Of a stretch of DNA of 64,000 nucleotides, positions 51,411 to 59,843 are shown piece after piece. Position numbers and translations under genes: made by a program. Source of the DNA: Neisseriaceae bacterium (GTDB taxonomy: Bacteria > Pseudomonadota > Gammaproteobacteria > Burkholderiales > UBA11063). The DNA lies in contig RXJX01000014.1 in assembly GCA_003963245.1 (NCBI GenBank), forward strand, positions 164,894-228,893, written 5' to 3'. Below the pieces are notes generated by a model. The model saw only the letters and a program-made list of their open reading frames with translations, searched no databases and had not been told where the DNA came from. Position 1 is the first letter of the stretch. Every line of letters starts with the position of its first letter.

Positions 51411-51692
51411 ATGATATATATGATAAATCCGCATAAGAATAGATTCTATTGGATAATGTTACAGCAAGATTTATTTGGCACATGGTGTATTATTAAAGTT
51501 TATGGTGGATTGCATAATAATCATTGCCACAAACAAGTAATTGCATACCCAAATGAGGAGCTAGCTTTGCAAGCGCTATCTGAAATTGAATCGATCCGTC
51601 GAGCACGTGGCTATGAGTATAGTAGCAATTACCTTACTGATTATTTTCATTTAAAACCCCAAACACTAACTGAGGTATTAAATAAGAATTAA
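51411..51692 (+). CDS. WGR-domain protein
   Basis: RFYWIMLQQDLFGTWCIIKVYGG...A.......RRARGY. Confidence 0.8.
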   Translation: MIYMINPHKNRFYWIMLQQDLFGTWCIIKVYGGLHNNHCHKQVIAYPNEELALQALSEIESIRRARGYEYSSNYLTDYFHLKPQTLTEVLNKN

Positions 51693-51695
51693 AAC

Positions 51696-52274
51696 ATGAC
51701 TAAAAAATCAACAGGAAAAAATATTGGCTATGTTCGCGTTAGTACCGTCGAACAAAATACTAGCCGACAATTAGAAGAAATATCTCTCGATAAAAAGTTT
51801 ATTGATAAATGCTCTGGCAAGGATACAAATCGACCTAGCCTACAACTCATGTTAGATTATGTTCGAGATGGTGATATTGTTTATGTTCACTCAATGGATA
51901 GGTTAGCTCGTAACTTAGAAGACTTACGAAAGATCATAAGTACTTTGGCCGAGAAAAAAGTCAAGATACATTTTGTTAAAGAATCACTGATCTTCAATGG
52001 TGAAGATTCGCCAATGGCTAACTTCATGTTAAATATCATGGGAGCATTTGCTGAGTTTGAACGAGCGTTGATCCGAGAGCGACAAAAAGAAGGGATTGCA
52101 ATCGCTAAAAAAGATGGTAAATATCATGGGCGTAGTAAATGTTTAACCTCTGAACAATTACAAGAAATCAAACAGCTAGTAGCAGATAGATATAAGAAAA
52201 CTGAGATCGCTGAAAGATTCGGAATCAGCCGTGACACCTTATATCGTTATCTTCGGAATAATAAATCGCAGTAA
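51696..52274 (+). CDS. Serine recombinase (resolvase/invertase family)
   Basis: GYVRVST, DRLARN, AEFERALIRERQ and C-terminal HTH IAERFGISRDTLYRYL. Confidence 0.95.
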   Translation: MTKKSTGKNIGYVRVSTVEQNTSRQLEEISLDKKFIDKCSGKDTNRPSLQLMLDYVRDGDIVYVHSMDRLARNLEDLRKIISTLAEKKVKIHFVKESLIFNGEDSPMANFMLNIMGAFAEFERALIRERQKEGIAIAKKDGKYHGRSKCLTSEQLQEIKQLVADRYKKTEIAERFGISRDTLYRYLRNNKSQ

Positions 52275-52562
52275 TTACTAGATAAACCCCATCTGTCACA
52301 AAGCATAAAAATGTCCTAGCCCCGTACAATAGAACTATTCAAGATTTTACAATTCCGGGAACTGAGCAAAAATACCCATTATGCGGTAGGTTACAAAATA
52401 TTCAGAAAATCCTTGGCGTTCTGTAAAGCCCAAATAAAGATATCTAAACCTTGTTGCTTTCGGCAACTAGTGTTATAGAAACATTATTGCTACCAATTTT
52501 TCCACAACTTTTGTGGGTTAGTATTTTTTTGATAATTACTTCAGTGGTCAAAAATTATTTAC

Positions 52563-52790
52563 ATGGAAAATCACAAAAGTCAAAAATTTTATTGGATGAC
52601 AGTCAAACAAGACTTGTTTGGTAACTGGTGCATTCATAAGATTTATGGTGGTGTCTTCACAATAATCACCACCACTCAAATTAACCCCCTGTATTGACAA
52701 AAATGAGTTTAAGCAAACACGGTTAAAATGTGGCGACATATATTCTTTACTAAACACTTCTTAGAAACAATTCAGACTATTATGCACTAA
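52563..52790 (+). pseudogene. Degenerate second WGR-domain gene
   Basis: MENHKSQKFYWMTVKQDLFGNWCIHKIYGG, then a frameshift (GGTGGTGTCTTCACAATAAT; the intact copy encodes GGLHNN) and a stop at 52697. Confidence 0.75.
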
Positions 52791-52956
52791 AGCTACAAAC
52801 GATATCTAATATAAGCTATATTACCTTTTGCTGTAACCGTGTATTACTTGTATTAATGTAGGCTATACTTTTCTCGAAATAATCTTGAGTGGCTGAATAT
52901 TTTCAGAGCCACACTTGTCGCATTTATATTCCATTTTATCCTCTACTAAACACATA

Positions 52957-53307
52957 TCAATTATTGATTTTATGATAATTGCTGGAATTGGAACATCCAA
53001 ACCAATTCATAAACATTTCATTATCTTTAACCATTTTTATGACACCCATACCGCCGCTACCATCTATTACTAAATTTTTATCATCAACTACAGATAAAGT
53101 CTTCTGTACTGGTTTTGGATTTTTTTGTCCCAATAAACGCGCCTGAACATTTTCATATGAAAGCTTATAAGCATCACCATCTTTAAATATTTTCACTGGA
53201 AAATCTTTCCCACAATCATCATTTACCCACGTACCAACAAACTTATCAGCAGATTTAGTACAACCAACGGCTAAAACACAAGTTAACAGGAATAAAGATT
53301 TTTTCAT
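52957..53307 (-). CDS. Small hypothetical lipoprotein
   Basis: Lipobox LAVGC; KFVGTW motif; 116 aa. Confidence 0.75.
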   Translation of the reverse strand: MKKSLFLLTCVLAVGCTKSADKFVGTWVNDDCGKDFPVKIFKDGDAYKLSYENVQARLLGQKNPKPVQKTLSVVDDKNLVIDGSGGMGVIKMVKDNEMFMNWFGCSNSSNYHKINN

Positions 53308-53336
53308 AATGCACCTCGAAAATAATAAAACATGGT

Positions 53337-53880
53337 TCCGGGACTATGGATTTCGCTACGCGACCGCGGAATAACCTATTAGCTGCCTATGGACAGACAA
53401 GCTGACCACAGGACAGCTAACAAGTTATTTCCGCTACTCCACAGCCCCGTCAAATATAAACGATTATAATAAAATTTTTTGGATGATTCTGGTTCGCTTC
53501 AAAAATACAATAACGTACCAACCAAAACCACAAGCCGAAAATAATGCGCAAGCGCATGCCGAGATTCGGCCGGGAGCCTCATCATCGAGGCAATATTAAC
53601 CCTATATCCACGCCAAATAAAGCATGAATCCGAAGTATCAAGAGGCAAGACCAATTCGTTAATTGTGGCCTATAGTTGATGCTTTATTGCGATTAACCGC
53701 ACTGCTAGAATTGCCATCAACGCCGTTAATGTCGCATCGTATGATATTTATTGCTCTTGTACCACTTGATACGAAGCTCACAAAAATACGCATATATGCG
53801 GTATAATTACGACTACAACCCAATTGCCCCTATCTAGCTGCCAACTCGTGTGGGGCTTTCTTTCATTGAGGGGGAAATTC
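53337..53880. other. ORF-free, hairpin-dense, GC-elevated segment (candidate single-strand origin or structured RNA)
   Basis: Nested ~113-nt stem-loop at 53337-53449; hairpins ATGCGC-aa-GCGCAT, GCCGA-gat-TCGGC, GCCTC-atcatc-GAGGC; palindrome CGCATATATGCG. Confidence 0.55.
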
Positions 53881-54106
53881 GATGAGAGCTGGGACCATAT
53901 CAGGGAGCCTATCCCCGTGGTAAGTGACATATAGCATCGACAAAAACCCAAAAAAATAAAAAATTTTATATGTTTACTTTTTTGTTTAATTTTTAGGGTG
54001 GTCGAAGCTTGAGAAAGTAATTTAATTTATTTGATTTATTAAAAGTACTTGATATACTTAGCCAAAATACAAATAAATATTGATTATTTTTAATATTAAA
54101 CTTGCT

Positions 54107-54126
54107 ATTTTCTGTTAAAATAGCGC
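54107..54126 (+). repeat. attR core, overlapping the probable ybaB extended -10
   Basis: ATTTTCTGTTAAAATAGCGC identical to attL; lies in the perfect IR GCTATTTT-ctgtt-AAAATAGC; contains TGnTAAAAT about 35 nt before the ybaB ATG. Confidence 0.88.
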
Positions 54127-54156
54127 CTAATCTAAATTTATTAAGAAAGATCACAG

Positions 54157-54486
54157 ATGTTCGATAAAGGTCAATTAGCTGGCTTAATGAAAAAAGCCCA
54201 AGAGATGCAAAAAAACCTAGAAAAAGCTCAGGAAGAAGTTGCAAAATTAGAAGTTGAAGGTGAATCTGGTGCCGGGATGGTCAAGGTACTGATGACTGGC
54301 AAACATGATTTAAAAAAAGTTACGATTGATCAAGCTGTAATGGATGATAAGGAAATGCTAGAAGACTTAATTGCAGCGGCAGTTAATGATGCCAATCGTA
54401 AAGTCGAAGAACAATCGCAAGCTAAAATGGGTAGTGCAACCGCTGGTATGCCTGCTATGCCTGGTGGATTTAAGTTCCCATTCTAA
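54157..54486 (+). CDS. ybaB: YbaB/EbfC nucleoid-associated protein
   Basis: [10 protein letters not shown] and [11 protein letters not shown] motifs. Confidence 0.96.
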   Translation: MFDKGQLAGLMKKAQEMQKNLEKAQEEVAKLEVEGESGAGMVKVLMTGKHDLKKVTIDQAVMDDKEMLEDLIAAAVNDANRKVEEQSQAKMGSATAGMPAMPGGFKFPF

Positions 54487-54593
54487 GAAAAATTTTTGTG
54501 TGATCCATGGTTTGTCACTTTAGCAAAATATGTTAGAATGATGTCTATGAATCACACATATTAAGTAAAGAAATTTACTACAAAGGAGTTAGG

Positions 54594-54707
54594 GTGTCTA
54601 TGAAAGGAATGGTAACAAAAGTGGAGACTTCTATAAATCAAGTTGAAGTTCTAGAGAAAAATATTAAAAGTTATGTACGACCTAGTATAACCGTATCATC
54701 AGCATAA
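54594..54707 (+). CDS. Small ORF (35-37 aa), possibly the 5' remnant of a decayed gene
   Basis: Promoter TTGTCA-16 nt-TAGAAT (54512-54539), AAGGAG RBS, GTG at 54594/ATG at 54600. Confidence 0.35.
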   Translation: MSMKGMVTKVETSINQVEVLEKNIKSYVRPSITVSSA

Positions 54708-54934
54708 GAGATAACATAAAATAACTCTGGGAGCGGAACCGATTTTGATACATTCGCATCATAATTCGCTATTAACCAAACAAAACTCTAATGAAAACGT
54801 TGAGAGAATTTAATACAAATAGTGCTTCCTCTCCGAATGTACATTGCTAAATTGAGATATTTCCGTACTTAATTCTTAAATTGAGTCCAAATACTTGAAC
54901 ATCATCAAAAATGTACACTCTGTTTTTATAACTC

Positions 54935-54986
54935 AAAAAAAACATGCCTAGATTTTAATGAAATATCGTATTTCTAATCTAGGCAT
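54935..54986 (-). terminator. Terminator of the gcvTHP operon
   Basis: ATGCCTAGATT ... AATCTAGGCAT 11-bp stem followed by a T8 run on the minus strand. Confidence 0.65.
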
Positions 54987-55012
54987 ATCACAAAAATTAA
55001 TTATATCTACAA

Positions 55013-57832
55013 TTAATTCAAATCAAAACAGCTACACGTAAAATTACGATCACCATGTGCATCATCAATCCGATTTACCGAAGGAAATACTTTACTCTGC
55101 TCAAGATTACTCATTGGAAAACAAGCAACTTTTTGCGAATATGGTTTATCCCAGGTCATCAAATCTGCTAAAGTGTGCGGTGCATTCTTCAATGGATTAT
55201 TAAGTTTATCAAAACCACCATTTAACACTTGTTGTACTTCGGCATAAATTGAAGCCATTGCTTGAATAAAGCGATCCAATTCTTCTTTTGATTCGCTCTC
55301 GGTTGGTTCAATCATCAAGGTTCCCGGCACAGGAAAGGACATTGTTGGCGCATGGAAACCATAATCCATTAAACGCTTGGCAAAATCTACCTCAGTAATA
55401 CCGCTTTCTGCTTTTAGCGGACGCAAATCAATAATGCACTCATGAGCAACTCTTTGGTTTTGCCCAGTATATAAAATCGGATAACCAATTTTTGCCAAAT
55501 GATGCGCAACATAATTAGCATTTAAGATTGCCGCTTTGGTTGATTGTTCAAGACCATATTCACCAAGCATAGTGATGTACATCCAAGAGATTGCCAAGAT
55601 TGAAGCACTACCAAATGGAGCGCTAGAAACAGCACTACGAGTTACATCAAAAGCAGCATCAAAAATTGGATTTAATGGGAGGAAATCAACCAAGTGTTGC
55701 TTAACACCAATTGGACCCATACCAGGTCCACCGCCGCCATGAGGAATCGCAAAAGTTTTATGCAGATTCATATGCGAAACATCCGCACCAAGTTCTGCAG
55801 ATTTTACCAGACCAACCAAAGCATTCAAATTAGCGCCATCCATATAAACCTGACCGCCATTATCATGAATAATCTGACAAATTTCCTTGATACTTGCTTC
55901 AAATACTCCATGAGTTGATGGATAGGTAATCATTAGGCACGATAAACGTTCACGATATTGCTCAGCTTTAGCACGCATATCAGCAACCTCAACATTACCA
56001 GAATCATCACAATTAACCACCACAACTTCCATACCCATCATTTGCGCAGTTGCCGGATTAGTACCATGCGCAGAACGTGGAATCAAACAAACATCACGAC
56101 CCGCTTGTCCAAGACTCGCCTGATAGCGACGAATTGCCAATAAACCAGTATATTCTCCTTGCGCACCAGAATTTGGTTGCATGCAAACGTCATCAAAGCC
56201 AGTAATATCTTTAAGTTGTTGTTTAAGACTGTTGATCAATGTGATGTACCCCTGAACACTTTCACGTGGAGCAAAAGGATGAATATTTGCCATTTGCGGC
56301 CAAGACAATGGCTCCAGCTCGGCAGCAGCATTTAATTTCATGGTACACGAACCAAGTGGAATCATACTGTGCACTAAAGAAATATCTTTGTTCTCCAAAT
56401 ATTTCAAATAGCGCATCATCTTCGTTTCGCTATGGTAGCTGCTAAATACCTCATGAGCTAAGATTGTATCTTGGCGATAAAGAGATAGCTGCTGTGTTAA
56501 TAGCACTTCAGGCTCAATAACGATTAGTTCTTGATCATTACAAATCAGACGTACCAAATCTTCGATTTCTGGTAAAGAAGCACTTTCACCAACCGAAATA
56601 AATAATTTACCTTCATGCGAGCCAATAGCATAACCGTTGTCATTTAACTTGGTCATAAGCGCAGCAGCATCAGCATGCTCAAAACTTAAAGTGTCAAATA
56701 GGCAATCTTGATTAAATACTTTAACTCCATAATGACGTAAATTATGTGCCAATAAATTTGCCAAATAAGTGATACGTTTAGCAATTGCTTTTAGTCCATC
56801 CGCACCATGATACGTCGCGTAGAATCCAGCCATATTAGCCAGTAATACCTGAGCTGTACAAATATTTGAAGTAGCCTTTTCACGACGAATATGCTGTTCA
56901 CGAGTTTGCAATGCCATCCGTAAAGCTTTTTTACCACGGCTGTCAACCGATACACCAATAATCCGTCCTGGCATTAAGCGTTTATAAGCATCCTTAGTTG
57001 CCATATACGCGGCAGAAGGACCTCCAAAACCAATCGGAATACCAAAGCGCTGAGTTGAGCCAATTGCAATGTCAGCCCCTTGTGTTGCAGGAGATTTAAA
57101 CAACACCAAAGACATAATATCACAAGCCATAACCACAATTAGTTTTGGCGCCTGTTGTTTCCACTCGCTAATTTGACTAGTGAAATCATTAGTTGTACCA
57201 TACAAATCTGGGTTTTGAATAAAACAACCAAACCCCTGAGTTGCGTCAACTTGGCTGATATCTGTTACTACTAATTCAATTTCCAGATACTGTGCCCGAG
57301 TTTGCATAACGCTTAACGTTTGCGGAAAAATATTTTGGTCAACAAAAAACTTATTTCCTGCATTTGGGTTTACTCGTTTAGCCATCGCCATTGCCTCCGC
57401 AGCCGCGGTTGCTTCATCCAACAAAGATGCATTCGCTAAATCAAATCCAGTTAAATCAATTAACATTTGTTGATAGTTTAGTAACGCTTCCAAGCGACCT
57501 TGCGAAACTTCAGCCTGATATGGCGTATATGCGGTATACCACCCCGGATTTTCAAAAACATTGCGCCGAATTACTGCTGGTGTAATCGTATCGTAGTAAC
57601 CTAAACCAATATAGTTTTTATAAACGGTATTGGCATCCAAAATCGCTTTGATTTCTGCTAATGCCTGATCTTCACTTAGCCCTATTTTTTGTGTAGTTTT
57701 GGTTTGACTAATTAAATCAGATGGTATAACCTGCCCAATAAATTGATCCAAGCTATTACAGCCTAAATCATTCAACATTGCCACTTGCTGCTGTTGACTA
57801 AGCCCAATATGGCGTTTACAAAATTCATTCAT
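55013..57832 (-). CDS. gcvP: Glycine dehydrogenase (decarboxylating), P protein
   Basis: YTPYQAEVSQGRLE, LGSCTMK and HMNLHKTF (PLP lysine) motifs. Confidence 0.98.
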   Translation of the reverse strand: MNEFCKRHIGLSQQQQVAMLNDLGCNSLDQFIGQVIPSDLISQTKTTQKIGLSEDQALAEIKAILDANTVYKNYIGLGYYDTITPAVIRRNVFENPGWYTAYTPYQAEVSQGRLEALLNYQQMLIDLTGFDLANASLLDEATAAAEAMAMAKRVNPNAGNKFFVDQNIFPQTLSVMQTRAQYLEIELVVTDISQVDATQGFGCFIQNPDLYGTTNDFTSQISEWKQQAPKLIVVMACDIMSLVLFKSPATQGADIAIGSTQRFGIPIGFGGPSAAYMATKDAYKRLMPGRIIGVSVDSRGKKALRMALQTREQHIRREKATSNICTAQVLLANMAGFYATYHGADGLKAIAKRITYLANLLAHNLRHYGVKVFNQDCLFDTLSFEHADAAALMTKLNDNGYAIGSHEGKLFISVGESASLPEIEDLVRLICNDQELIVIEPEVLLTQQLSLYRQDTILAHEVFSSYHSETKMMRYLKYLENKDISLVHSMIPLGSCTMKLNAAAELEPLSWPQMANIHPFAPRESVQGYITLINSLKQQLKDITGFDDVCMQPNSGAQGEYTGLLAIRRYQASLGQAGRDVCLIPRSAHGTNPATAQMMGMEVVVVNCDDSGNVEVADMRAKAEQYRERLSCLMITYPSTHGVFEASIKEICQIIHDNGGQVYMDGANLNALVGLVKSAELGADVSHMNLHKTFAIPHGGGGPGMGPIGVKQHLVDFLPLNPIFDAAFDVTRSAVSSAPFGSASILAISWMYITMLGEYGLEQSTKAAILNANYVAHHLAKIGYPILYTGQNQRVAHECIIDLRPLKAESGITEVDFAKRLMDYGFHAPTMSFPVPGTLMIEPTESESKEELDRFIQAMASIYAEVQQVLNGGFDKLNNPLKNAPHTLADLMTWDKPYSQKVACFPMSNLEQSKVFPSVNRIDDAHGDRNFTCSCFDLN

Positions 57833-57917
57833 ACTAAATATCCTAATTTATTCTATGTTAAAAACTAAACGTATAAAAAAACCCCGTTCAAAATTAAACA
57901 GGGTCTTCAATGGTGTG

Positions 57918-58295
57918 TTAGCCAATTAGCGCTTTATACTTATCTGCACTCATTAAGCCGTCTAATTCTGCCACATCTGCTAATTTTACTTTGAATAACC
58001 ACCCTGCAGCATGTGGTTCAGTATTTGCCAAAGTTGGATCAGCGACTACAGCATCATTAACCTCTACTACCTCACCAGCAATCGGTGAATATAAATCTGA
58101 AGCAGCTTTCACCGATTCAACTACGCCAATTGTATCACCAGTAGCAATACTCGCACCTACCGCAGGCAATTCAACATAAACTAAATCACCCAAAAGTTCT
58201 TGAGCATGATTGGTAATTCCTACACTGGCAATTCCATCAGCTTCAAGTCTAACCCATTCGTGTGTATCGACAAATTTCATATCATTGCTATACAT
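57918..58295 (-). CDS. gcvH: Glycine cleavage system H protein
   Basis: [12 protein letters not shown] and VESVKAASD lipoyl motif; ATG at 58295 chosen. Confidence 0.97.
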   Translation of the reverse strand: MYSNDMKFVDTHEWVRLEADGIASVGITNHAQELLGDLVYVELPAVGASIATGDTIGVVESVKAASDLYSPIAGEVVEVNDAVVADPTLANTEPHAAGWLFKVKLADVAELDGLMSADKYKALIG

Positions 58296-58342
58296 AACTA
58301 CTCCTTCAATCATTAATTAAATATTTCTATAACTATAAAACC

Positions 58343-58447
58343 AACTACCAGGATATAAAGCACTAGCCAAGCACAAAGCGCCGAAATGTATGATGAAAAG
58401 TACATGGAAAGCCTTGTAACAACGCTAATGTGATATAATCTGTAGTT
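58343..58447. repeat. ~105-bp imperfect palindromic element abutting the gcvT stop codon
   Basis: Arms AACTACCAGGATATA/ATATAATCTGTAGTT and CACTAGC/GCTAATGTG; central ATGTA-10 nt-TACAT hairpin like the one in 4797-4921. Confidence 0.55.
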
Positions 58448-59531
58448 AGAACATTTTTTTACCATTACGAACAAATGGTAAACTGATTATTTTTACCGCT
58501 TCATGATTGCCACGAATATCTACAGTTGCGGCATCAACCTCAATCGCAGCACTGATTCTTGCAATCGCAATCGAAACTTTTAAACTAGGTGAAAAAGTAC
58601 CACTCGTAACTACTCCGCATTCAGCGCCATCAACATAGACTTTTTGTCCATCACGCAACACGCCTTTGCCTTGCAGAACTAAACCAACCTGTTTATATTG
58701 ATCAGTCGAAATTTTAGCTAGTTGATACGCTCTTTTACCAATAAAATCCCTATTTTCATCACTTAGATCAACTACCCAATCCATTCCGCAAGCAAGCGGA
58801 GTAATCATCTCATCCATCTCATGTCCATATAAATTCATCCCTGCTTCTAAGCGCAAAGTATCCCTAGCACCAAGACCACATGGAGCTACACCATGCTCTA
58901 ATAGCAAACTCCAAAATGCGTTAGCTTCGGTACGCGGCAACATTATTTCCAAGCCATTTTCTCCAGTATAACCAGTTCTGGCATAGAAATAACTACCTTC
59001 CTCAACAGCGACAAATGGCTTTAGCTGCTCCAATTTATCTTTCATATGCGGATGAGCTGCAATAACTCTTTTAATCGCATTTGGCCCCTGTACCGCGAGC
59101 ATTGCCAAATCACGCCGTGGAAATAACTCTACTTTAAAACTTACCGCAACTTGCTTAATCCAGTTCATATCTTTTGCTTCAGTCGCGGCATTTGTCACTA
59201 AACGATAGCCAAATGGCATCAGATAAACGATTAAATCATCAATAACCCCAGCTTCACGATTAAGTAGCCCGGAGTATAATGCTTTACCAATCCCAAATTT
59301 ATCTAATTTTGCAACATCATTACTAATCAAATGGCGGAAAAAATCTTTAGCTTCAACGCCATGAACATCCGTAACCACCATATGCGAGACATCAAACATT
59401 CCTGCATCGTTACGAACTTGCTCATGCTCTTTTATTTGTGAACCATAATTGACAGGCAATGCCCAACCACCAAAATCAACAACTTTACCATTACTATCCA
59501 GATGACTTTGATAAAAAGGAGTATAGTTCAT
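58446..59531 (-). CDS. gcvT: Glycine cleavage system T protein (aminomethyltransferase)
   Basis: MFDVSHM, RTGYTGE and GLGARDTLRLEAG motifs. Confidence 0.97.
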   Translation of the reverse strand: MNYTPFYQSHLDSNGKVVDFGGWALPVNYGSQIKEHEQVRNDAGMFDVSHMVVTDVHGVEAKDFFRHLISNDVAKLDKFGIGKALYSGLLNREAGVIDDLIVYLMPFGYRLVTNAATEAKDMNWIKQVAVSFKVELFPRRDLAMLAVQGPNAIKRVIAAHPHMKDKLEQLKPFVAVEEGSYFYARTGYTGENGLEIMLPRTEANAFWSLLLEHGVAPCGLGARDTLRLEAGMNLYGHEMDEMITPLACGMDWVVDLSDENRDFIGKRAYQLAKISTDQYKQVGLVLQGKGVLRDGQKVYVDGAECGVVTSGTFSPSLKVSIAIARISAAIEVDAATVDIRGNHEAVKIISLPFVRNGKKMF

Positions 59532-59843
59532 GTACTAGCCTTAAAAAATTTGAATCGCATAATTATACAGCTTTTTTGCCCGAATGAGCTAGAATAATAA
59601 ATTATTTGGGAATAGTTTCAATTGTGCAACTGCTCGGTACTCTCGATTATGAGGTGCATTATAGAAACTATTACAGCACAAGAGTAGTACCCACACCTAA
59701 AAAAGTGCTATTAGTAAGTAGAGAGATTTACAACACCTACTAACATGAAAAGGTATTAGGTTACTAATAAATCAGGCTTGAGTTATTAGCTTATTAATCT
59801 TATAATAACCACTTAACTAATAATTCACACGAAAGCAGCAGTT

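Larger units (their letters stand above)
35664..54126. mobile_element. Integrative mobilizable element (18,463 bp including both att cores)
   Basis: Perfect 20-bp direct repeat at both ends; tyrosine recombinase just inside the left end; MOBQ relaxase and oriT; accessory/defence cargo; housekeeping genes aceB and ybaB on either side. Confidence 0.9.

Noticed and set aside
53337-53880. Retron msr-msd, DGR template or group II intron
   Set aside because: There is no reverse transcriptase ORF in the element or the window.
59532-59843. Glycine riboswitch upstream of gcvT
   Set aside because: The GGAGA…CCGAAG…CTCTCAGG elements are absent on the minus strand.
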